A stretch of 64,000 bases of DNA from the IMG/VR virus record IMGVR_UViG_3300029959_000704, positions 1 to 64,000 of that record. One strand, written 5' to 3'. The notes beneath the pieces are model-generated. The model was not told the origin of the DNA, did not search any database, and was given only the letters and a program-made list of their open reading frames with translations. This stretch comes from a virus (lineage: Duplodnaviria > Caudoviricetes). Both the position numbers and the translations under genes were made by a program. Below, piece after piece: positions 35,520 to 45,440 of this stretch. The first letter of the stretch is position 1. The number at the start of each line of letters is the position of its first letter.

Positions 35520-36068
35520 ATGAATAGTTCCCCTAGATCTTTACTAGAGCTGTTGAGGCTTGTAGTAAATAATATTGATATTAAATCTCAATTATCACTG
35601 CAAGCTACAGTGGCTGTACTTTTTTTAAGTTCTACTATAACTACCAAAGAAAAAGAGATTTTAGATAGTTACTTTTTAAGTAGTATTGCTATCAATTATG
35701 CAAGTAATCATCCTGTAACTGGACTTGATAAAGGTGTTTTATCTTTTAAAATAAAAAATCTTGAAGAGGAACTACTTAGTAGAAAACGTTCTATAAAGAA
35801 ATTTCCTTGGCTATTTGCATCCTTATTAGGATGTGCAGCAATGGTTTTTATCATAGGATTTTTCTATATAAAGACTATGAATTCTATCGCAAATATAGTT
35901 ATTGATTACCATAAAAATAACTCTTGGGTTGCATTTGGATCTTTAGTAGTACTTTTCTTTAGTTATGTAAGTTTCCTTATTATGTTAATGAATAATATGG
36001 GAAGATTACTTAAAAAACTTTCAAATTATATTGAAAAATATTTTGATAAAAAAGTTACAAAGTTATGA
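35520..36068 (+). CDS. Membrane protein
   Basis: Two C-terminal transmembrane helices. Confidence 0.65.
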   Translation: MNSSPRSLLELLRLVVNNIDIKSQLSLQATVAVLFLSSTITTKEKEILDSYFLSSIAINYASNHPVTGLDKGVLSFKIKNLEEELLSRKRSIKKFPWLFASLLGCAAMVFIIGFFYIKTMNSIANIVIDYHKNNSWVAFGSLVVLFFSYVSFLIMLMNNMGRLLKKLSNYIEKYFDKKVTKL

Positions 36069-36385
36069 GCATACAGACTAGATTTAATCAAGAACTTTAT
36101 CTTGATGGTAAATTTCGAAATAAAGCTCAATTGGAAGAAGCTATATCAGATGCACAAGAAACTCTTGGTAAAATTCATACTACATTATCAATGATGTCTA
36201 TTTCGGAACCTTCTCATTTAGTTGAGAAAAATCAAGATATTGTATATGGTATTTCAACAAGAGTTTCTGAAATTCTGAGAGATTATAAAGGAATTAGTGA
36301 AGAATTATTTAAACTAGTTTTATACAAGGAAGCTATTGAAGCAGGTACTGCTACATATTATTCCGGTAAGTTAGAAGATCTTTAA
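36065..36385 (+). CDS. Hypothetical protein
   Basis: 106 aa, ATGA-coupled to the upstream gene. Confidence 0.7.
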   Translation: MSIQTRFNQELYLDGKFRNKAQLEEAISDAQETLGKIHTTLSMMSISEPSHLVEKNQDIVYGISTRVSEILRDYKGISEELFKLVLYKEAIEAGTATYYSGKLEDL

Positions 36386-36401
36386 TCTTAAACAATTAAT
36401 T

Positions 36402-36629
36402 ATGAAAAAATTAATAATTTTATTACTGCTTTTAGTGCTAACTTCATGTAGCAATATTAATGAAGATAACACAAAAAAGTGGATAGAAAATGCTCAAAAA
36501 CCCATTCTTTGTAGACAATATGGTACAACAAACGGATTTAATCAAGTACTATATACACTTATAGATGCAGATGGAAATGTTTATTCTACTGGAAGGATTT
36601 ATTTTAATTTACCAGATACTCTAAAATAA
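36402..36629 (+). CDS. Small lipoprotein
   Basis: MKKLIILLLLLVLTSC lipobox. Confidence 0.8.
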   Translation: MKKLIILLLLLVLTSCSNINEDNTKKWIENAQKPILCRQYGTTNGFNQVLYTLIDADGNVYSTGRIYFNLPDTLK

Positions 36630-36638
36630 ATAATTATT

Positions 36639-36800
36639 ATGAAAGAGGAAGAAAAAGAATCTTGTGTTAATTGTGGGAAATTAACACAATATACAAAAAA
36701 CACTCCCATTGAATTGAGGTATGATTACATTGAAAATGGAGGTCAACTTTGTACAGAATGTGCAAATAAACTTAATATTAATCATGGGAAGAGTAAATGA
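36639..36800 (+). CDS. Small Zn-binding protein (53 aa, not in ORF track)
   Basis: MKEEEKESCVNCGK...GQLCTECANKL; two CxxC pairs. Confidence 0.7.
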   Translation: MKEEEKESCVNCGKLTQYTKNTPIELRYDYIENGGQLCTECANKLNINHGKSK

Positions 36801-36983
36801 AATGATGGTCAGACAGTTATTTCAAAATATGTCTGATTGCTATGCTGATACAGGTAGATTTGAAAAGATGGAAGTTATACAGAAGGACCTGTTATTCAAG
36901 CTATGACTGAAGATAGATTTGTAGAAGCTTTACAAGAGCTTACATTATTACCTAAAAAGAAACCTAAAACTCCAAAACCATGA
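36784..36983 (+). pseudogene. Small gene apparently broken by a single-base frameshift
   Basis: MGRVNEMMVRQLFQNMSDCYADTGRFE continues after a -1 shift at the A run 36863-36866 as DGSYTEGPVIQAMTEDRFVEAL..., ending at TGA 36983, which overlaps the next ATG. Confidence 0.55.
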
Positions 36984-37198
36984 GTATATTAAGAAATATA
37001 GCTAAAAAAGGTGGACTTCTTTGGGCATTTGTAGCTATTATACCTTTCGCAACTATTGCTGGAAAGATATTTAGATCTCTTGCAGAACAGGGAGTGTGCA
37101 TACCGGAATCAATCAGATTGATGATAGTAATTCCCCTCTTTTTAATTCAATTATTTGGATTATTTTTATTATTCAAATATAGAAATGAAATCATATGA
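36980..37198 (+). CDS. Small membrane protein
   Basis: Two transmembrane helices. Confidence 0.7.
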   Translation: MSILRNIAKKGGLLWAFVAIIPFATIAGKIFRSLAEQGVCIPESIRLMIVIPLFLIQLFGLFLLFKYRNEII

Positions 37199-37473
37199 AA
37201 ACAATTGAAGAAGCAGCACAAGAAATATTCTCAAAGAGAGCCAATCAGAGCAAATATGATATATCAAACGCGTTTAAAGATGGGGTAGCATTTGCAGAAG
37301 AGTGGCTTAAAGTAGATGATGAGATGCCGCCATCAAGCGATGACTTATTGGCTAAGTCCCCTGAGGGCATTATTCACTTAACAAATTGGCGGCCCGCTTA
37401 TAACATATTTTGTTGTCAGAATAAATATGAAAGTACGATTGGGTGGACTTGGCGACCTATTAATAGAAAATAG
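37195..37473 (+). CDS. Hypothetical protein
   Basis: KTIEEAA...FKDGVAFAEEWLKVDDEMP...WTWRPI, a common phage pattern. Confidence 0.7.
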   Translation: MKTIEEAAQEIFSKRANQSKYDISNAFKDGVAFAEEWLKVDDEMPPSSDDLLAKSPEGIIHLTNWRPAYNIFCCQNKYESTIGWTWRPINRK

Positions 37474-37474
37474 T

Positions 37475-37846
37475 ATGAAAAATCCAAGAGTAGAAATAAC
37501 ACCATTTTTTGTTAGTGATAATACTTCAACAGATGGTTTTAACATTTGGAACAGTAGTACTTTATTTAAAGCAGCTCAAGGACTAAAGCCTTATGATTTA
37601 CAATTAGCTGCTTTAGATCTTGATATTAACTTTGCTAATGCTAATACCATTTATAATTTTTTATTTCAAGCTAAAAGAGTATTAGAAGCTGATTTAGACT
37701 ACCCTATTATTCAAGCTCCAAGTGGGCGTATAATGGATGGTCATCATAGAATTATAAAAGCAATTTTAGAAGGAAGGACTACAATTAAAGCTGTTAAACT
37801 TCCAGTATTACCTAAGGCGGATAGATTTAACATAGAGGAGGAGTAA
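37475..37846 (+). CDS. ParB/sulfiredoxin-like N-terminal domain protein
   Basis: Start moved to ATG 37475; DLDYPII...IMDGHHRIIKA. Confidence 0.8.
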   Translation: MKNPRVEITPFFVSDNTSTDGFNIWNSSTLFKAAQGLKPYDLQLAALDLDINFANANTIYNFLFQAKRVLEADLDYPIIQAPSGRIMDGHHRIIKAILEGRTTIKAVKLPVLPKADRFNIEEE

Positions 37847-37848
37847 TT

Positions 37849-38376
37849 ATGGCAAAAATCGTAATAGATATTGAAAATTGTAAACAATGTCCTCTTTTTT
37901 ATACAACTAATCAATATAGTACTGATGGATTCGATCGTATGGAGGATTGGATGTGTAAAAAAGCTAATAAAAAGATTAGAGGAGCTGTAGAATGGCATGA
38001 AGAAAAGGATATTAAAATTCCTGATTGGTGCCCTTGTATAGAATCTACTACACCAAAAGATGCTACTCCTCAAGCATCTTCTAATATCTCTAATTATCAT
38101 CAAGTTGTTCCGATGACTAGAAGAGAATTGAGAGAATATTATGATAAACTTAAAAAAGAAGATCTCATTGAAATGCTTATTGCTAACAATGCCGCTTGGA
38201 ATCTTGTAAGAGATATAAAGCCTGCAACTACAGGTTGTATTCATACATGGTTTTCATTACCAAGTCTTCCTAAAGGAGTATTTGTATGGCAATGTTTTTA
38301 TTGTGGAGCCATAATGAAATCAAATGGAAGTGAGTGTCAAAGTGCAGCATCTTATTCAAATCTTTTAAAGAAATAA
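37849..38376 (+). CDS. Cys-rich hypothetical protein
   Basis: CKQCP, CPC, CIH and CFYC. Confidence 0.65.
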   Translation: MAKIVIDIENCKQCPLFYTTNQYSTDGFDRMEDWMCKKANKKIRGAVEWHEEKDIKIPDWCPCIESTTPKDATPQASSNISNYHQVVPMTRRELREYYDKLKKEDLIEMLIANNAAWNLVRDIKPATTGCIHTWFSLPSLPKGVFVWQCFYCGAIMKSNGSECQSAASYSNLLKK

Positions 38377-38377
38377 C

Positions 38378-38716
38378 ATGGAAAATGAGATAATTTTAAA
38401 AATATCACTATTTTTAATAATATTGATATTAGTATTAATAGTGCCTTTAATATGGTCTACTAGAAGAATGTTTAAAAAACAAAGACAAGATGAAAGTCTT
38501 TTCAAAGATAGATTATGGCCTCTTGCTGTAAATGCTGCTACTTTAGCAGAATGCACTGAAGCTTGGGATACTCTTGTGGAAAATTGTCTTACAAAAGATA
38601 ATTTTATTAAGGTAACTGTAGCTTATAGAGCAGATTATTATGCAGTAAAATTTTATTTAAAAGGTAAGCTAGATATATTAAAAAAATTAAATAATGAAAC
38701 TATTAGCAATAAGTGA
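38378..38716 (+). CDS. Membrane-anchored hypothetical protein
   Basis: N-terminal transmembrane segment. Confidence 0.7.
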   Translation: MENEIILKISLFLIILILVLIVPLIWSTRRMFKKQRQDESLFKDRLWPLAVNAATLAECTEAWDTLVENCLTKDNFIKVTVAYRADYYAVKFYLKGKLDILKKLNNETISNK

Positions 38717-39431
38717 TATTCATGGGGAGCAATTTTGGATAAAAGTTGTTGAAGATGAAGATCCGGATATCTTAGTATTATTAGGAGATTATTTTGATTC
38801 ATATACTTTATCTGCTGCTGAACAATTATATATCTTTAATAAAATAATTGAGTTGAAAAAGAGACGTTCTAAAAAAGGTAAAAAAACTTATTTACTAATT
38901 GGTAATCACGACTTTCATTATTTTCCAGAAATTGGTTATAATGGGACAAGTGGATATCAATTCAGAGCTAAAGCTGCTTTAGAAGATATCATTAGACAAA
39001 ATAGAGATCATTTTCAAGCAGCTTATCAGCATAATAATTATTTATTTACCCATGCTGGAGTTTCTAAAACTTTCTTAGATAATTGTTTAGAAGTATATGA
39101 TGAGAAAAATATCGCAGATTTTATAAATAAATTATTTATTCAAAATCCTAAAGTATTTAAATTTAATGGCTTTAATTCTTATGGGGATGATCCTTGTCAA
39201 ACTCCTATTTGGATAAGACCAAATTCTCTAATAAGAGATACAAAAGATACTTTTTTATGGAATAATTTTATTCAAGTGGTAGGACATACTTCTATGGATG
39301 GTATTATAGATAAACTTTCTCCTGAAATAAATGATCACTTTATTTTCTTAGATGGTAAATCAGAACGAAGGTATCTTTTATTAATTGATGATACTCAAAA
39401 AATAAATTTTTATGATAAAACCAACAATTAG
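38694..39431 (+). CDS. Metallophosphoesterase (second)
   Basis: SDIHG, GDYFD, GNHD, THAG and GHT. Confidence 0.9.
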   Translation: MKLLAISDIHGEQFWIKVVEDEDPDILVLLGDYFDSYTLSAAEQLYIFNKIIELKKRRSKKGKKTYLLIGNHDFHYFPEIGYNGTSGYQFRAKAALEDIIRQNRDHFQAAYQHNNYLFTHAGVSKTFLDNCLEVYDEKNIADFINKLFIQNPKVFKFNGFNSYGDDPCQTPIWIRPNSLIRDTKDTFLWNNFIQVVGHTSMDGIIDKLSPEINDHFIFLDGKSERRYLLLIDDTQKINFYDKTNN

Positions 39432-39999
39432 ATTGATAATAGGAGTAATAGGTTCTGGAAAAGATTATGCTGCAGAACAATTTATGTTAGCTCATCCTAA
39501 ACTAGAATATCTTATTCCTCATCATATCAAAATCAGTGAGAAGATGGTATTATTAGCTGAAAAAGTCTACCAAGCAGACTTCTCAACAATTGAGAAATAC
39601 ACTGAATGGAAGAAAATTCTTAAAAATCGTGAAGGCCTTGTCAGACTTGCTGAAAGTGCTAAAGATATTTTTGGAGAAGATTTTTGGTTAAATCATACTT
39701 TAGTAGACATTGATAGAATTCTGCAAATGGAGACATCCAATTTGTTATGCCCGATCTTTGCTATATCAGACTTTAGATTTCCATTTGAATTTTATAGAGT
39801 TAGAGAGTATTGCCAACAGCGAAACATTAACCTTGAAATTCAATTTGTAAATTATAAATCGGATAGATACCAACTTAGAAAAGATCAACCAGGGGAACTA
39901 TTAGCTATTTATTTAGTAGAAAATGGTTACAATCCTTCAATATGGACACCTCTGGAATTTAGTAATATCCTTAAAAATTATACAACCTTACATCCATGA
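39412..39999 (+). CDS. P-loop kinase, dNMP-kinase-like
   Basis: IIGVIGSGKD and ISDFRFPFE (DxRF motif of phage dNMP kinases). Confidence 0.75.
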   Translation: MIKPTIRLIIGVIGSGKDYAAEQFMLAHPKLEYLIPHHIKISEKMVLLAEKVYQADFSTIEKYTEWKKILKNREGLVRLAESAKDIFGEDFWLNHTLVDIDRILQMETSNLLCPIFAISDFRFPFEFYRVREYCQQRNINLEIQFVNYKSDRYQLRKDQPGELLAIYLVENGYNPSIWTPLEFSNILKNYTTLHP

Positions 40000-40424
40000 A
40001 AAAACTCTTAATTACAATTGCTCACAAAATTAAAAATGCAGAAGGAAACTTTTGGAGAGAAGCATACATGTTCGTTGAAGTTACCATTAAATATGGTATA
40101 ATCCATTTTCCTGAAGGTCTCACTATTGATGAAGAAGAGGCCAGAGCATACGCTGCTAAAGCAAAAATTCCACTTGCAACTTATCTTGAGAGATTCATTA
40201 TGAATACTCCTGAGGTATTGGATGTTTGTAAGAAACATAGAGTTGGATATACCAGACCGGTAGAGCCAAAATCTCCGGATATTCCTACAAGTGCTGAAAT
40301 TGAAGCACACAGATGGACTAAATTTATCATTTCAACATTGCATAAAAAGAAAGATTTTGAAAATGCAAAAAGAATTGCTAGATATGGTACATTCCAATTC
40401 CCAAAACCTAAATCGGTTAAATGA
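39996..40424 (+). CDS. Hypothetical protein
   Basis: 142 aa, coupled at both ends. Confidence 0.7.
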   Translation: MKKLLITIAHKIKNAEGNFWREAYMFVEVTIKYGIIHFPEGLTIDEEEARAYAAKAKIPLATYLERFIMNTPEVLDVCKKHRVGYTRPVEPKSPDIPTSAEIEAHRWTKFIISTLHKKKDFENAKRIARYGTFQFPKPKSVK

Positions 40425-41617
40425 GAGAAAGTTATTTAGAAACAATTCTTGAGGCCTCTGAGTCAGAAAAGAATATGTTACTATCCTGGGCTACAGGTGT
40501 TGGAAAAAGCTTAGCCGCTATTTCTATTCAAAATAAAATGGATGCTCAGTCCACTTTAATATGTGTAGCAGAAACAGCTCACATAAATAACTGGATAGCT
40601 GAGTATAAAAAACATGGTTTTGAACATCTTTTAGCTACAACAACTATAATTTGTTACAGTTCCTTACATAAGTATCAACATTCAAGCTTTGATTTATTGA
40701 TTAATGATGAGTGCCACCATATTACAGAATTACGTGCCTCTTATTTTGATACAATAAAAGCTAAAAAAATAGTTAATCTAAGTGCCACCGTGCATTTTGG
40801 AGAGAAAATTTCCTTAGCAAGTTTATGGGGACCTTTGTATGAGCATATTGTAACTTTAAATGAAGCAATTGCAGTAGGTATTGTTCCACCTCCTACTATT
40901 TATTTAATACCTATGGAGCTTCAAAATATTGAGAGAGATTGTACAATTAATTTCCCTCGAACAAAAGAACCTACTTCTGAAGTAGAATGTATTTATCCTC
41001 AAAGAAAGAATTTTATCTTTGGAGCTGAATACAAAAAGTCCTTAATTAAAATTAAGGCAACCCAAAGAGAATTATATACTTTCTATACTGATCAAATGGC
41101 ATATTATAAAGATAGATATCTTACTAATCATGCAATGTTTGATCAAATTAACTGGTTAAGACACGGCTCTGAAAGAAAAAGAGCTTTAGCTAATATGAAA
41201 TATGAAGCTATTCAAAAGGTCGTAGAACTAGTTAATAAAAGAAGATATATTTGTTTTTGTGGATCAATTAACCAAGCTGAAAAACTTGGAACTAATAATG
41301 TACTTCATTCTAAATTGACTAAAAAACAACAAGAAGGAGTAATTACAAAATTTCAAGAAGGTCAGTTTAACAGTCTTTTCGCAGTTGACATGTTGAAAGA
41401 GGGTGTAAATTTAAAGGATATTGAAGTGGGCATTATTGCTCAATTAGATGGGAAAGAAAGGAGCTTTATTCAAAAAATGGGTAGAGCTCTTAGAAATCCT
41501 GTTAATCCCGAAGTTTACATTATCTATTTTAAAGAAACTCAGGATGAAGAGTATTTAAAAAATGTCCTTGCAGAAGTTAATCCCGATTATGTAAAAGTCT
41601 TAAATATATGGGAGTAA
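40421..41617 (+). CDS. SF2 helicase
   Basis: TGVGKS, DECHH, LSAT, EGVN and QKMGRALR. Confidence 0.9.
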   Translation: MRESYLETILEASESEKNMLLSWATGVGKSLAAISIQNKMDAQSTLICVAETAHINNWIAEYKKHGFEHLLATTTIICYSSLHKYQHSSFDLLINDECHHITELRASYFDTIKAKKIVNLSATVHFGEKISLASLWGPLYEHIVTLNEAIAVGIVPPPTIYLIPMELQNIERDCTINFPRTKEPTSEVECIYPQRKNFIFGAEYKKSLIKIKATQRELYTFYTDQMAYYKDRYLTNHAMFDQINWLRHGSERKRALANMKYEAIQKVVELVNKRRYICFCGSINQAEKLGTNNVLHSKLTKKQQEGVITKFQEGQFNSLFAVDMLKEGVNLKDIEVGIIAQLDGKERSFIQKMGRALRNPVNPEVYIIYFKETQDEEYLKNVLAEVNPDYVKVLNIWE

Positions 41618-42183
41618 GGATAAATTTCGCACATTTGTCTAAATATGAGATAACTCAAAAAGAATATTATCTTGTATTAGCAATTCATGCAAATCCTAAT
41701 TTTCCTCAAGCAGGAAGCCCTCAGATATTTCAAAATCTTATTGATAAAGGTTTCATAGTTTGTTCCAATTCAATGCTTAATTTAACAGTTAAGGGTCGAA
41801 AACTTATTAAACATACAGCATATGCAGTAGAAGATACTGAGTATACTGTATCTATTGAGGATTTGGCCACTAAGTTAAGAGCATTATTTCCGGAGGGAAA
41901 GAAAGGTCAAACTCCATATTATTGGAGAGGTAATAGTAAAGAAATTGAAGAGAAATTGACAAATTTCTTTAAAAAGAATCCTACTTATACAGAGGAGCAA
42001 GTCATTGCTGCTACTCAGCGATATGTAAATTCATACACTTCAACTGGAGATTTAACTTTTATGCAATTACTCAAGTACTTTATAGAAAAAGATGGTAATA
42101 GTTCTCTATTAACATTCTTAGAAAACTATACAGAAGAGGAGGCAATTGTGAAAACCGGTGATTGGACAAGCAATTTGATATAG
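41608..42183 (+). CDS. Putative replication initiator / helicase loader
   Basis: Winged-HTH-like N-terminus; directly upstream of dnaB. Inference from position. Confidence 0.5.
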   Translation: MGVRINFAHLSKYEITQKEYYLVLAIHANPNFPQAGSPQIFQNLIDKGFIVCSNSMLNLTVKGRKLIKHTAYAVEDTEYTVSIEDLATKLRALFPEGKKGQTPYYWRGNSKEIEEKLTNFFKKNPTYTEEQVIAATQRYVNSYTSTGDLTFMQLLKYFIEKDGNSSLLTFLENYTEEEAIVKTGDWTSNLI

Positions 42184-42184
42184 T

Positions 42185-43426
42185 ATGTCGAAAAAGATTT
42201 ATGAAAGAGTCCTGGAGGACTTAATTGAGAGACGACAAAGAATTATTAATGGAGAGATAAACTGTATACCATCACCTTTTCCAAGGTTTAGGAATACTTT
42301 TGTAGGATTGGAGAGAGGTAAATACATAATTGTAACTGCATCAACTAAAGTAGGTAAAACCCAAATAGCTGATTATTTATTCTTATATAACTCACTCTTT
42401 TACGCCTATAATAACAGAGATAAACTCAAAGTTAAAATATTCTATTTTAGTCTTGAAATGTCTGCAGTAGAAAAATACAGGCAACTCATGTCACACTTGT
42501 TGTATATTATAAGTCAAGGTAAGATTCGAATAGATCCTAAGAATTTAAGATCTGTAAATGAGAATTATCCTTTACCTGAATCTATAATAGAATTACTTCA
42601 AACTGATTTATACAAATCAGTATTGGACTTTTTTGAACAACATGTTGTGATATTAGACTCTATCAGAAATCCTTATGGGATTTATAAATGGTGTAAGGAT
42701 TACGCTATACAAAATGGAGTAACTCATACTAAAAATTATGATTTCTTGGATAAACATGGGAATGTTACAAAAACTCAAGAAGTCAGAGACTATTATGAGC
42801 CTAATGACCCAAAAGAACAAGTTATTATTATGGTAGACCACTATAGACTCTTTACTCCTGAAAAAGGTAAGGATTTATATGCTACTATAGTAAACTGGTC
42901 TGCTAATTTTGCACTTGATCTTAAAAACAATTATGGATTCACCATTATTGGTATTCAGCAACAAGCTCCTTCTCAAGAATCAAATGAGAATCAAAAGCTT
43001 AATAAATTGAAGCCTACTATTGATGGATTAGGTGATTGTAAAGCAACAGCTCAAGATGTGGATTTGATATTAGGTTTATATACTCCAGCTCGCTATAATA
43101 TTAGAGAGTATGAAGGGTATGATATCACACGATTTAGAGATCACATAAGATTTCTAGAAGTAATGGGTGGTAGAGAAGGTGGTGGAGGAGATATATGTCC
43201 ATTATATTTTGATGGAGCAGTAAATTTCTTCCAGGAACTTCCATTACCTACCGACAAAGCCGCTTTGGAGCCATTCTATAATAGAGTGAGCTCATTGCGT
43301 ATTTATAGTTCCATAGAAGGAACAGTTAATTTAGTAACCGTAAAATTGAATGAAAGTATTAGTACTAGCAAAATCTGGTTTCGGAAAATCTTCCAGTCTT
43401 GGAGAAATTCCAGAATTAGGGATTAA
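42185..43426 (+). CDS. dnaB: Replicative SF4 helicase
   Basis: ASTKVGKT, FSLEMS, IMVDHY, IQQQ and DVDLILG. Confidence 0.88.
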   Translation: MSKKIYERVLEDLIERRQRIINGEINCIPSPFPRFRNTFVGLERGKYIIVTASTKVGKTQIADYLFLYNSLFYAYNNRDKLKVKIFYFSLEMSAVEKYRQLMSHLLYIISQGKIRIDPKNLRSVNENYPLPESIIELLQTDLYKSVLDFFEQHVVILDSIRNPYGIYKWCKDYAIQNGVTHTKNYDFLDKHGNVTKTQEVRDYYEPNDPKEQVIIMVDHYRLFTPEKGKDLYATIVNWSANFALDLKNNYGFTIIGIQQQAPSQESNENQKLNKLKPTIDGLGDCKATAQDVDLILGLYTPARYNIREYEGYDITRFRDHIRFLEVMGGREGGGGDICPLYFDGAVNFFQELPLPTDKAALEPFYNRVSSLRIYSSIEGTVNLVTVKLNESISTSKIWFRKIFQSWRNSRIRD

Positions 43427-43685
43427 AGGCTTAAATCCTTCTGAAACTTATTTAATTAGTTGTGTTCAAAAACCTTTACCATTTAGAGGATATTTAAATA
43501 AGTATAAGGAAACAACTTTTGAAAAGATTGCAGAAGGCAATCGAATTATTACTACTGATGCTCCAACTGTAGCAAAGATAGTAACCACATTGGCAACAAG
43601 TCCTTATAAGAATATTGTCATTGATGACTTGAACTATATTAGTCAAGATTATTATATGAAAAATGCTCTTAAAGGAGGATGGGAT
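43350..43685 (+). CDS. AAA/P-loop ATPase (Sak4-like), exon 1
   Basis: Walker A AKSGFGKS and Walker B IVIDD; ends ...LKGGWD at the splice site. Confidence 0.85.
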
Positions 43686-43748
43686 AGAGTGAGTGTCCCT
43701 GCATAGAGTAATCTATGTGAAAACAATTGGGTAAAAACGGTGAAGAGA

Positions 43749-43780
43749 TTTGCATTTATTAAAAATTATTTATATATTTG
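43749..43780 (+). promoter_or_regulatory. Intron-internal Bacteroidota promoter for the endonuclease
   Basis: TTTG (43749-43752), 20-nt spacer, TATATTTG (43773-43780), upstream of ATG 43807. Confidence 0.8.
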
Positions 43781-43806
43781 CCAACCAAATAATAAATATT
43801 TTTAAT

Positions 43807-44520
43807 ATGAGAAGTTTTATTCCTAATAAAAAAGAACATAATAGCGACTATTTTAAAATCATAGATTCTGAAACTAAAGCCTATATTTTAGGTTATTTAG
43901 TTGCAGATGGCTCTATAGAAGAATCTGTTAGAAAAGATAGGCCTAGTAAACTAATTCGTTTACGATTTGGATGTGTCACAGATGATGATGAGATATTAAA
44001 ATTAATTCAAAAAGAAATTGCTCCTAATAATAAACTAAGATATTATCAACCATCTGGAAATAGAAAACAAACAACTATTCTTCAGATATGTGATAAAGAG
44101 TTGATTAAAGACTTGAAAGAATTATATAATATTAAATCTAGAAAAACATATGATGCCACATTTGAATTTCCAAATATTCAAAAATCTTATGAAAGACATT
44201 TTATAAGAGGTTTTATAGATGGGGATGGGTCTATTGGTGATAGACATTTCAGTATGATTTGTAATTCACCTAAATTTGCAGAACAAATTAAAAATAAATT
44301 TTTAGAAATTATTCCAAATCTAAAATGGGTAATTTATAAAGAGAATAGAAAATTTACTCCGTATTGGAGTTTACACTTTAGTTTTAATAATTCTATAAAA
44401 AAAGTAATCTTTGATTATTTATATAAAGATGCTAATACATTCTTAACTAGAAAAAGAAATAAAGCTCTTAATGCCGTGCTAAACGCAGATATTAAAAAAT
44501 CTGCACAGTGTAACGCATAG
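43807..44520 (+). CDS. LAGLIDADG homing endonuclease (two motifs)
   Basis: AYILGYLVADGSI and HFIRGFIDGDGSI; start moved to ATG 43807. Confidence 0.92.
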   Translation: MRSFIPNKKEHNSDYFKIIDSETKAYILGYLVADGSIEESVRKDRPSKLIRLRFGCVTDDDEILKLIQKEIAPNNKLRYYQPSGNRKQTTILQICDKELIKDLKELYNIKSRKTYDATFEFPNIQKSYERHFIRGFIDGDGSIGDRHFSMICNSPKFAEQIKNKFLEIIPNLKWVIYKENRKFTPYWSLHFSFNNSIKKVIFDYLYKDANTFLTRKRNKALNAVLNADIKKSAQCNA

Positions 44521-44668
44521 ATACTGAACCTACTATAAAGTAGAATATAATGTATCCACGAGTATCCAACTCCATATTTTATATGGATGAAAACTTATGC
44601 TGAACTATACTAACAATGCAAGAAAGTATAGAACTTAGGGATAAAAAACCCTAAGGATAACAAAATTG

Positions 44669-45043
44669 ACCCCAAAACAAATAGGTTACCATATGGGTTT
44701 AATCTTTGAAGCAATTGATAAGATCCCTGATACCAAAAATATCATTGTATTTGCTCATTATGAGGAATATAAGGATAAAAATGGAGATAGTATCTCTTAT
44801 AGGTATAAATCAACTGGTAACATGGTTGATACTTATATAACTCCGGAAGGTAAATTTGAGATCGTTTTATTTGGTCGTACCAGATTTGATGAAACTCTTA
44901 AAAAATCCATTCGAGAATTTGTTACCAATGATGATGGACAGTATCCAGCAAAATCACCTTTTGGAATGTTTCCAGATCTGTATATACCTAATGACTTAGG
45001 TGTAGTTGCAGAACTTGGAGAGATTTATAATAAAGGACAATAA
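44669..45043 (+). CDS. AAA/P-loop ATPase, exon 2
   Basis: TPKQIG...VFAH...TPEGKFEIVLFG...YPAKSPFG; the spliced product is 236 aa. Confidence 0.85.
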   Translation, partial: TPKQIGYHMGLIFEAIDKIPDTKNIIVFAHYEEYKDKNGDSISYRYKSTGNMVDTYITPEGKFEIVLFGRTRFDETLKKSIREFVTNDDGQYPAKSPFGMFPDLYIPNDLGVVAELGEIYNKGQ

Positions 45044-45057
45044 TACATTTTTAAAAA

Positions 45058-45405
45058 ATGGCAAATACAAGATTCCTTGAGGCTCAAAAAGCTCGTTTTG
45101 AAAAGAGCAAAGAGCCTGTAATTAAAAAGAGAGATAGAGCAATTGAAAAGTTCAAAAAAATTGCTAAAGAGTTTACTGCTGAATGCAGATACTATGAAGC
45201 TCAATTAGCCGCAATTGATCAAGCCATTGCTTCTCTTGAGTATACTGAAGATGCTGGCGAAATCTCTGCCCCTTCAGTAACTCCTGCAGCAGCTGCCCCT
45301 CCTATACCAGCAGCATTTAGTGCTGGTCCGGAGAATGAGAATATTGAATTTGATAATGATACAGAGGGAGTGCCAGATAATGACACTGAATCTGCAGATT
45401 TTTAG
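45058..45405 (+). CDS. Hypothetical coiled-coil protein with acidic tail
   Basis: 115 aa. Confidence 0.7.
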   Translation: MANTRFLEAQKARFEKSKEPVIKKRDRAIEKFKKIAKEFTAECRYYEAQLAAIDQAIASLEYTEDAGEISAPSVTPAAAAPPIPAAFSAGPENENIEFDNDTEGVPDNDTESADF

Positions 45406-45440
45406 ATCGAACAAATTGACAAAAAAGTTTTTAACATCAT

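Larger units (their letters stand above)
43686..44668 (+). mobile_element. Group I intron (983 nt)
   Basis: Exon ends in T; P1 GGGAT/GTCCC with a U.G pair at the splice site; P2 GCATAGA-GTAA-TCTATGT; 3' core AAAACTTATGCTGAACT; P9 hairpins; terminal G at 44668. Splicing restores the frame GGWD|TPKQIG. Confidence 0.92.

Noticed and set aside
44666-45043. Independent gene starting at TTG 44666
   Set aside because: The G of this TTG is the terminal G of the intron; the segment is exon 2 of the ATPase.
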